NCBI GenBank assembly: GCA_032128875.1
Contig: JAVLKG010000008.1
Location: 1 to 64,000 of the forward strand
DNA: 64,000 bases
Direction: 5' to 3'
Source: Candidatus Melainabacteria bacterium 17Bon1m
GTDB taxonomy: Bacteria; Cyanobacteriota; Vampirovibrionia; Obscuribacterales; Obscuribacteraceae
The notes beneath the pieces were generated by a model that was not told the origin of the DNA, ran no database searches, and was given only the letters and a program-made list of their open reading frames with translations. This document shows, one piece after another, positions 56,477 to 64,000 of this stretch. The position numbers and the translations under genes are program-made. Each line of letters opens with the position of its first letter. Positions within the stretch are counted from its first letter, which is position 1.

Positions 56477-59119
56477 TTACTTCAGGGTACCGGCGACGAC
56501 AGTGACGAACTTGTCGGGGTCGATGTACTTGCGGATCGCGGCGTCGACCTTCTCCTTGGTGAGAGAAGCGAGGTCGTCGGCATACGAGTCCATCGCGGCC
56601 ACACCCAACCCGAGAGACTCGAAGTCGGTGATGACGCGCGCGACGGCGTCGGGGTTGCGCAGCTGCACCTCGAAGGTGCCGGCCGCGTAGCCGACTTCAT
56701 CCGCCAGCTCCTGCTCGGTGATGCCCTTCTCGACGAATTCGCGGACCAGCTGGTTGACCAGCTCGACAGCCTTCTCGACGTTCTTCGGGTTGACCTGCAG
56801 GTCGATGCCGAAGAGGGCTCCGGCGAAGGTGGGATCAGCGAACGCCGAACGCGCACCGTAGGTCAGTCCGTGCTTGATGCGCACAACCTTGAACAGACGG
56901 CTGGTGAAGCCGCCGCCGAAGGCCGCGTTGGCAATCCGCGCAGCCAGGAAATCCTCGGCCGTGCGGACCAGCGTGGACGGATAACCGTACGAGATGGCGA
57001 CGCTGCGCTTGTCGGCGACGTGCACATCGATGCGCTTGCCGGCGCTGAGAGCCTCAGGCATCGGCACGACGCACTCGCGCGGCTCGGCGCCTTCCCAGGC
57101 ACCCAGCGCCGACTCGATGAGAGCCACGGCGTCCGCGACAGAGATATCACCGACCACAGTGAGCACCGCGCCCTTCGGCGTGTAGGTGTCCTTGTGGAAG
57201 GCGACCAGGTCGTCACGGGTGATGGCGGCGAGCTCTTCCATGCAATCCTTGGGCGACTTGTCGTGATAGACGCTGTCGGCACCATAGATGGCGTGGTTGA
57301 GGGTGCTCTCCGCGATCGAATCGGGATCCGAGCCGGCTTCCTTGAAGTGCGCGTTGTAGCGCACCTTGAGGGTGGCCAGCTCGCGCTCCGGGAAGGACGG
57401 GTTGATGAGCATGTCGGCGGCGATCGTCACCAGCTGCTTGAAGTCGACAGCGGCAACCTTCGCACCGGCATTGGTGGAGAAGTTTCCGGAACGGAAACCG
57501 ATGCCCGAGCCCATCTCCTCGAACGCAGCCGAGATCTGGCGAGCGTCGAGCGACTTGGTGCCCGCGGTGAGCAGAGTCGACGCCAGAGCCGCCACCAGAG
57601 GCTTGTCGGCGGGGGCTGCGTAGCCACCCGTCTGCAGCTTCAGGGACAGACCGACGACGCCAGTGCCGGGAGTCGGCACGACCAGCACCTTCAGACCGTT
57701 GGGCAGCACCGTCGAGTGCGTGCGCTTGGCGAACGAAGTTTCCTTCACAGGAGCCTCGACAGCCGGAGCGACAGCCGCGGTCTCTTCGGCAGTTTCAGCC
57801 GCAGGCTCATCGGCAGTCTTCGGAATGAAGTGACCGACGGTGCGGTTGTCCTTCGTGAAGTAGAGCGCCGAGACGCGCTGGATGTCTTCGGAGGTGACGG
57901 CATCGAGCTTGTCGCCGTAGGTCGTGTAGAACGTCCAGTCGGCAACGGACTCGGCCTCGCCGATGGCGTCGGCAAGACGCATCGGGTCGGAAGCGGCAAG
58001 CACGGTCTGCTTGCGATTGCTCAGCTTGGCGCGCTTGAGCTCGTCGGCCTCGACGCCGGACTTGGCCAGCTTGTCGAGTTCGGCGTAGATGGCCTTCTCC
58101 ACGGTCTCGTGGCTGACGCCCTCGGCCGGGGTCGCGAAGACCATGATCATGCCCGGGTCGCGCTGTTCGAAGTGCCAGGTGAAGCAGCTGGAAGCCAGCT
58201 TGGTGTCGACCAGAGCCTGGTACAGCCGGCTGGTCTTGCGACCGCCGCCCAGGATGGCAGCGACAGCCGCCACCGCGTAGGTGTCGGCATGCGTGGCCTG
58301 CGGAACATGGTAGCCGACCGCGACGCGGGGCGCATCGCCCGTTCGCACGATCTCAAACCGACGCTCGCCTTCCTGCTTCGGCTCGACAGTGACCACATCC
58401 GGAATCGGATGGGGCGAAGCCGGATGCACACCGTAGTACTTCGCCACCAGCGCAAGAGCCTTCGCAGACTCGAAGTCGCCGATGAGAAGCAGCGTGGTGT
58501 TGTTCGGCCAGTAATAGACGTCATAGAACGCCTTCAGGCGCTCGACCGAGATGGCCTCGACGTCGGACGTCCACCCGATGGTCGGGTGGTGATAGGGGTG
58601 CTCGACGAAAGCGTGAGCATAGAGCTTCTGCAGAAGCACGCGGTCGGGGTTGTTCTCCCCGATCTCGAGCTCGCTGCGGACGACGGTCATCTCCGTCACG
58701 CGCTCTTCTTCCTTGATTTCCAGATTGCGCATCCGGTCGGCCTCGGTGGCGAGGCAGAGCTCGAGATGACGCGCCGGGACGGTCTCGAAGTAGTTCGTGC
58801 GGTCGAACCAGGTGGTGGCGTTCCACTCACCGCCGTACTTGCGGAAACGATCCGGGAAGTTGTACACCTCGCCGGTGCGACCATCCTTCACGCCCTTGAA
58901 CATCATGTGCTCGAGGATGTGCGTGGCGCCAGTGTGACCGACAGCCTCGTTGCGCGAGCCGACGCGGTAGAGCGGCATCACGGTGACGACGGGGCTGTTG
59001 TGATTCTCGGCAAGCAGAATCTTGAGACCGTTGGAAACCAACAGGTACTCGCTGATGCCGCCGCTTTCGCGAACGAACTTGATTCCGAGAGAATTGAGAA
59101 CTGCAGCGTCTACTGACAT
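56477..59119 (-). CDS. M16 (pitrilysin-like) zinc peptidase, full-length
   Basis: HILEH inverted zinc motif, NATTWFDRTNY, YYWPNN, SRLF...R...GLTY; GGAG SD before 59119. Confidence 0.93.
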   Translation of the reverse strand: MSVDAAVLNSLGIKFVRESGGISEYLLVSNGLKILLAENHNSPVVTVMPLYRVGSRNEAVGHTGATHILEHMMFKGVKDGRTGEVYNFPDRFRKYGGEWNATTWFDRTNYFETVPARHLELCLATEADRMRNLEIKEEERVTEMTVVRSELEIGENNPDRVLLQKLYAHAFVEHPYHHPTIGWTSDVEAISVERLKAFYDVYYWPNNTTLLLIGDFESAKALALVAKYYGVHPASPHPIPDVVTVEPKQEGERRFEIVRTGDAPRVAVGYHVPQATHADTYAVAAVAAILGGGRKTSRLYQALVDTKLASSCFTWHFEQRDPGMIMVFATPAEGVSHETVEKAIYAELDKLAKSGVEADELKRAKLSNRKQTVLAASDPMRLADAIGEAESVADWTFYTTYGDKLDAVTSEDIQRVSALYFTKDNRTVGHFIPKTADEPAAETAEETAAVAPAVEAPVKETSFAKRTHSTVLPNGLKVLVVPTPGTGVVGLSLKLQTGGYAAPADKPLVAALASTLLTAGTKSLDARQISAAFEEMGSGIGFRSGNFSTNAGAKVAAVDFKQLVTIAADMLINPSFPERELATLKVRYNAHFKEAGSDPDSIAESTLNHAIYGADSVYHDKSPKDCMEELAAITRDDLVAFHKDTYTPKGAVLTVVGDISVADAVALIESALGAWEGAEPRECVVPMPEALSAGKRIDVHVADKRSVAISYGYPSTLVRTAEDFLAARIANAAFGGGFTSRLFKVVRIKHGLTYGARSAFADPTFAGALFGIDLQVNPKNVEKAVELVNQLVREFVEKGITEQELADEVGYAAGTFEVQLRNPDAVARVITDFESLGLGVAAMDSYADDLASLTKEKVDAAIRKYIDPDKFVTVVAGTLK

Positions 59120-59807
59120 AGCTTTAATCTCCAGTTTGTGGCTCACAAAAGAGCCGAACTTGCACCTGAACTGCTGTCCGGGTGCGTTGATTACGTTGTG
59201 AACGCGCCAACGGGCGTCCGGCCGTGACACTTCCCGCGAATCGAAACATGAACTCACGCACATGCGAAAGTTCAAGGGAACCCAAACCATGACACTACCT
59301 GCGGTGCTCATTTTTAAGAAGCACTGCTAAGTACGTGTGAACTAGGTACGTGTTTGTTGGGTTACCGGGTTTTCGAATCGACTGAAAGAAAGAGATACAA
59401 GAAGTGACCCTGAAAGACTACGCAGGCGCGCCCGACAAAACAAAGAAAACGCGCCAAAGAAGCGGCTAAATGGCACTAATAAACAAGAGGCAAAGGTAGT
59501 TTTGGCTGAGATGTAAGCTAAGACAAGTATTAAGCGCCTTCCTCATGACAACAAATCAAAACCCTCGGACCCGGACCCCAAGCCTAAGATGTAAAGAGAA
59601 ATACAAGGCGCGCGCCACGACCCCTGATGTCAAGCGAGTTTCGTCTCTAGCGAAGCTCGTAAGTCCAATCGAAAAGGGTTCGATTTTGTCCGGGAAAAAC
59701 AGGTTGAGCCGCCTGCGCGGTTTGTAAAGCCGAGAAACTCCTGAATGCCTTATGCAGTTTTCGAGCTTCGCAGACGCCTAAATCAGAGCTCACAATGCGA
59801 CTCTTTC

Positions 59808-60962
59808 CTACTCTCCCGACATAGCTTGCGCCATAGCCGCCATGAGCGGTGTTTTGTTGGTGAATGTTTCTACGTCCTTGATGATCGCTTGCGGGATCAA
59901 CTGACCGGAAAGCGGAGGAATATTGGGGAAACGCTTGATAGCTGTTCCAATTGCCAGCAGTTCAATCACACCGCCGCCAAAATCATAGACGTATGTTTTC
60001 ACGCCAACGACATCATCGGCGCCACAAGACTGGGCGTCTTCCTGGATCATAGCGAGAGCGCGAATGCGCGCCTGGTAGATGAGGTAAGTGAGTTCCTTAA
60101 TTTCCCCTCTGACAAAGCTCTTCATCATCGCCTTAAACCCGCCTGCAAAGCCGACGGAGAAGACCGACACCCCGAGTACAAGCTTGATTGGATAGTAGCC
60201 GGCATGCACGACATTCCACATCTCTTCATTCGTCAAGTCACTCGTGATGGGGGTTTCTTTATACTGCGGAGGAAGCACAGGATTGTAGGATGCGGTTCCG
60301 GTCATCAACATTTCTTGAACTCCGATGAGCGGAGAGATAACAGTCTGAATACCTAACACCGCATTGGCACCAGCTTCGCGCGCCTCTGCGGAAATACGCT
60401 CAAGTGCAAGGTGACGCGTCTTATTGAGCATGTTGGAATACTCAATTACTTCTCCGGATTTCAAACTTCGCAAAGAGCCCATGATTCCACCGCCCACACC
60501 AATCGAATAAGCGACGTTTCCAAAGACGAATTGAACAGGCTCAAACCCACAATCAAGTTGGCAGTAAAGTTCTTGACCGTTTGCAGATGTGGAAAATACG
60601 TGATCGCTCTCGACATGGTCGCCGGGAGTTCCGCCTCCTGCGCGATGAATTGTTGATCCAATCGACAAATATTCAATATTCGAATCATGGAAAATCAATT
60701 GACTCGTGACACCTGTCACACCGTCGCCGCCGTGTCTGCGCGCTTCTTCAACCATACGCATATACGAGAGCGCACGTCCCTCTCGTATGATATCGGTGAG
60801 TTGATGCACCTCACCACCGCCCAGAGTCTTGAGCCCGGAGGCAACGCCACCGACAAAACCAAGCGCAAAAACGCTGTTTCCTATGACCAAATTGCCAGGC
60901 TCATAGCCCTTCTGCTTAAGACAGTACAACTCGTTTCCGGAAAGTCCTGTGATGATAGTCAT
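59808..60962 (-). CDS. YbjQ-like (heavy-metal-binding domain) repeat protein
   Basis: Three repeats of E..C/W...G..P..LV.G...GE.......R..A......A...GA..V.G. Confidence 0.75.
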   Translation of the reverse strand: MTIITGLSGNELYCLKQKGYEPGNLVIGNSVFALGFVGGVASGLKTLGGGEVHQLTDIIREGRALSYMRMVEEARRHGGDGVTGVTSQLIFHDSNIEYLSIGSTIHRAGGGTPGDHVESDHVFSTSANGQELYCQLDCGFEPVQFVFGNVAYSIGVGGGIMGSLRSLKSGEVIEYSNMLNKTRHLALERISAEAREAGANAVLGIQTVISPLIGVQEMLMTGTASYNPVLPPQYKETPITSDLTNEEMWNVVHAGYYPIKLVLGVSVFSVGFAGGFKAMMKSFVRGEIKELTYLIYQARIRALAMIQEDAQSCGADDVVGVKTYVYDFGGGVIELLAIGTAIKRFPNIPPLSGQLIPQAIIKDVETFTNKTPLMAAMAQAMSGE

Positions 60963-61022
60963 GGTGCAATCTCCGTGCCTGCAAGCAAGAGATCGTACAC
61001 GCTTGACTGCCAGTTTGTTTCC

Positions 61023-63257
61023 TTAGTCCTTCTCTATCAACTCCAGGTCAGGCCGAGCTTTCTTCAGTGCCGCCAGACACCCGGGAGTCACCTTGGTCTC
61101 ACGCAGATCCAATTTTTTCACACCCTTTGCCGAATAGAGACTGGGGATACCGGCGTCCGTAATTGCCCAACAACCGCGCATTCTTACGTCTTCTATCTTC
61201 GGCTTTGAAGCTGCAAAAGCTGCAAGACCGGCGTCATCAAAAGCATTCCAGCTGATATCGAGGAAGGTAAGATTCTGAAACTTACCAAAAATAGGCATGC
61301 AGTCGTTCCCCAAATGACAAGAATGAAGATTGAGGTGGTCCAATTTCGGCAGACGGGAAAGCGATTTGATACCAGCAGCGGTGAATTTATTACCACCAAA
61401 TTCCAATTGCTTCAGCAATGGCATGTTCGCTGCCGCAGCACACCATGCATCCGAAACTTCCTGCTTATCCAGTCCCAAAAATTCCATTCTCTTCAAATTA
61501 GCAATATACTTCGCCCCACCATCAGTAAGCTTGGCGTTGCATCGATTAAAAGTGAGGTTCTGCATGTTGACCATCTCACTGATAATCGGAAGGCACTTTT
61601 CAGTGACTCCAGTTTTATCGAGAATCAATGAATACAGATTGCGCCCGCGTAAGTACGCTATCCCTTTATCGGTAACCTTCTCACAATCTCTCAAGGTTAG
61701 GTAATTTAACGCTCGAATTTGTCCGACGAATTTCAAACCGGCATCGCCTATTTTGGTATTGTCGAGATTCAAACCGCACAAGAAAGGCATGAGCGGCAGA
61801 TATGCCATACCCGCGTCCGTAACCAAAGTGTCTTCCAAATTCAAATCGCCCAGGTGCTTTTGATTGGACAAATACGCGAGCGAAGGGTCGTCAATTTTCG
61901 AATCGGAGCAGTCCAGCCTCGTAACACCAATGTCTTCGCGGAAAAACCGTTCGGCAAAAGCCCGATCAAACTTCCTGTGATCGACATATCCAATCATTGC
62001 CAGGCGTTCTTTATTGCGCTCTTCTTGAACACGATCGAGAAACTGAATTGGACGATTTGCCATCTTCTTTTCAGGCGGCACTGCTGCTTTGTCCGCTCGC
62101 TCTGCGGCTTGCACATTGACCACCTTAACAAAATAGAGAACGCTGGAGACAATCCCTAAAAGTGAAAAAGCGGCGGCCGCGGAAAGCAAGAAGAGCTGCT
62201 TTTGCTCACGGTTTAGCCTCAGTAGCCGCCACTTCGAGTATTGAGTACTTTCCGCTTGCGCGACGAGCTTCTGCACGCGAATGGTTTCTTCCAGCAAAGC
62301 ATTCATCGATTGAAATCTATCGGCGGGCTCTTTAGCAAGCGCCTTGGCCAGCAGCTCTTCAACCTCCACGGCAAAAGTCATATCCGGCCGAACTTCAGCC
62401 AGCGTTCGCGCTGGTTTTGAAATCTGGTCGACAATGACGGAAACCATAGACTCGCCGGAGAATGGCGGCTTGCCTGTGATTGCTTCAAACATCACACAAC
62501 CAAGCGAATAAACGTCGGAGCGCGCATCTAATTCTCCACCACGACATTGCTCAGGGCTCATGTACTGCGGTGTACCAATCAGCTCGCCGGTCTGAGTCAT
62601 TCTCGTTGACTCGTTCTCCATGATCTTGGCGATACCAAAGTCGACAAGTTTTGCTTCGGGAAACGCACAATCATAGTCAGTGACCATGATGTTGCTTGGT
62701 TTCAAATCTCTATGCAAAACGCCGCGCTCATGGGCATGTTGCAGCGCCTCGGCGATTTGAATCGCAATGTTCAGAACGGCTTCCAATCTGAGCGGACCTT
62801 GTTTCAAAACAACCGAAAGGGGCTTACCTTCGAGGAAATCCATTACCATGTACGGCTGCCCGTGCTCGGACAAACCAAAGTCATGGACTTTGATGACGTT
62901 GGGATGTGAAAGACCGCTCACAGCCTGTGCTTCATGCTGAAAACGTTTAATTACAGCCTCATTCATCAAGTGGCTGTGCAGCATTTTTACAGCCACGAGC
63001 CGCTTCAAAACCGGATGGCGAGCCTTATAAATAACGCCCATACCGCCCGATCCGACAAACTCGAGGAATTCATAATTACCGACAAGCTTGCGCCCTTCGC
63101 CGAGCGTATCCGTCAGATCCGTTCCATCTTTCGGACACTTAGTGACAGAAAGCGGCACCTCAAAACCACATTCCGGACACTTGTGCTTCGCGGAAAAGTC
63201 AACTGCTGTCACTTGCCCGGGCGTCGTGACTACTGTTTTTGGATCTTCGGGATTCAC
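61023..63257 (-). CDS. Ser/Thr protein kinase with N-terminal zinc ribbon, TM helix and LRR domain
   Basis: CPECG...CPKDG; GSGGMG, VAVK, HRDLKPSN, DFG, GTPQYMSPEQ; TM; about 12 LRRs. Confidence 0.92.
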   Translation of the reverse strand: MNPEDPKTVVTTPGQVTAVDFSAKHKCPECGFEVPLSVTKCPKDGTDLTDTLGEGRKLVGNYEFLEFVGSGGMGVIYKARHPVLKRLVAVKMLHSHLMNEAVIKRFQHEAQAVSGLSHPNVIKVHDFGLSEHGQPYMVMDFLEGKPLSVVLKQGPLRLEAVLNIAIQIAEALQHAHERGVLHRDLKPSNIMVTDYDCAFPEAKLVDFGIAKIMENESTRMTQTGELIGTPQYMSPEQCRGGELDARSDVYSLGCVMFEAITGKPPFSGESMVSVIVDQISKPARTLAEVRPDMTFAVEVEELLAKALAKEPADRFQSMNALLEETIRVQKLVAQAESTQYSKWRLLRLNREQKQLFLLSAAAAFSLLGIVSSVLYFVKVVNVQAAERADKAAVPPEKKMANRPIQFLDRVQEERNKERLAMIGYVDHRKFDRAFAERFFREDIGVTRLDCSDSKIDDPSLAYLSNQKHLGDLNLEDTLVTDAGMAYLPLMPFLCGLNLDNTKIGDAGLKFVGQIRALNYLTLRDCEKVTDKGIAYLRGRNLYSLILDKTGVTEKCLPIISEMVNMQNLTFNRCNAKLTDGGAKYIANLKRMEFLGLDKQEVSDAWCAAAANMPLLKQLEFGGNKFTAAGIKSLSRLPKLDHLNLHSCHLGNDCMPIFGKFQNLTFLDISWNAFDDAGLAAFAASKPKIEDVRMRGCWAITDAGIPSLYSAKGVKKLDLRETKVTPGCLAALKKARPDLELIEKD

Positions 63258-63325
63258 CTGATGAACCGTCCGAGATAGGGGCTGACATAGTTTTACCCAG
63301 AAAGCCCCTAGTGGACACTTTTAAG

Positions 63326-63649
63326 CTACCGTCCTGCCATTGAACGAAAGAATGCAAGGACAAACCAAACGATCAGGCAGATAATCGCGATTTGGACTAT
63401 TGGACGGGCGAAAGGTTTGAGATGCGCATACTTCGGCGGCAGCTTATCTGCCACTACAGACGCCACCACGTCCGCAATTTCGAACAGCATCTGAGCGAAA
63501 TTGATGAAGACTTTCATCAGCGGCTTTACCAGAGACGCAAAGCGCACCTTCTGACCTGTCATCGTTTGAAAACCCGCAATGATCAGAGCAGGTCCAAAAA
63601 ATATAGCGATAAAGAAAAAAACTAATCCTGAAATTTCTGTTTGAAACAT
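63326..63649 (-). CDS. Small membrane protein
   Basis: Two hydrophobic helices; GAGGT SD before ATG 63649. Confidence 0.6.
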   Translation of the reverse strand: MFQTEISGLVFFFIAIFFGPALIIAGFQTMTGQKVRFASLVKPLMKVFINFAQMLFEIADVVASVVADKLPPKYAHLKPFARPIVQIAIICLIVWFVLAFFRSMAGR

Positions 63650-63682
63650 GATGTTGACCTCGTTTTTAATGGGAGAAACGGC

Positions 63683-63740
63683 CGCGGCGCCGGCATCTTG
63701 CCGGCTTTTCAACGGACGGAGCGCAGCCATCCTGGCGGCT
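63683..63740. repeat. GGAGCGC-type REP-like palindromes
   Basis: CGCCGGCATCTTGCCGGC and GGAGCGCAGCCATCCTGGCGGC, similar to the 5251, 11732 and 34436 copies. Confidence 0.5.
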
Positions 63741-64000
63741 TTTCAAGTTTCACAAACAGCAAACCGCCCCGACAATGCGACAATGCGACTATGCGGCAAC
63801 CATCAACGAACCCGTAGTCCGAGAAGAATTGCACGACTTGCCGATAGGCGTTTTTGGGAGACGATTTGCCTTGCTGATTTACTACTAGTGAAACTTTGAT
63901 TTCACCCTATCGGCAGCATGTGGTTCGCCACTAGAGAGCAGCCTTAAATGCTGGTGTGGTCCTACGCCGCGCGAATAGCGAACCTCGCGCAAACCGGACG

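Noticed and set aside
56420-59116. 898-aa plus-strand ORF (likewise 54274-55860, 48328-50145, 25753-26991)
   Set aside because: Antisense shadows of the M16 peptidase, pepP, helical protein and GT4 genes; no motifs of their own

Overview
Bacterial chromosomal window. Gene content (several Ser/Thr kinase-TM-LRR proteins, lineage-type hypotheticals) suggests Melainabacteria/Obscuribacterales, but this is inference only. Housekeeping-type genes include DAHP synthase, an HDAC-family deacetylase, a Kef-type antiporter, an MBOAT/SGNH pair, a GT4 glycosyltransferase, a CDF transporter, PepP, an M16 peptidase and a spermidine-synthase-like membrane protein. Four accessory loci stand out. (1) A minus-strand operon with a tandem double-NadD protein, a NadR-like kinase, a SAM methyltransferase and a 2OG-Fe(II)-type dioxygenase. 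(2) A lower-GC patchwork at about 27.5-33 kb with immunity-like genes, a duplicated DUF1871-like gene and a 5'-truncated Fic gene. (3) An RHS polymorphic toxin locus preceded by a YD-repeat/collagen fusion gene. (4) The best candidate for an undescribed system: a three-gene operon (45.4-50.4 kb) encoding a membrane-anchored long helical protein, a coiled-coil protein ending in a ubiquitin E2-like domain with a Cys (HAPHVWPDGNACLG), and a paralog with Ser at that position (pseudo-E2). No E1, JAB or Ubl gene is visible in the window, and a 23-bp-periodic repeat array lies upstream. Many REP-like palindromes are present. I recognised no rRNA, tRNA, CRISPR array or transposase. All family calls come from motif recognition by eye, not database searches.
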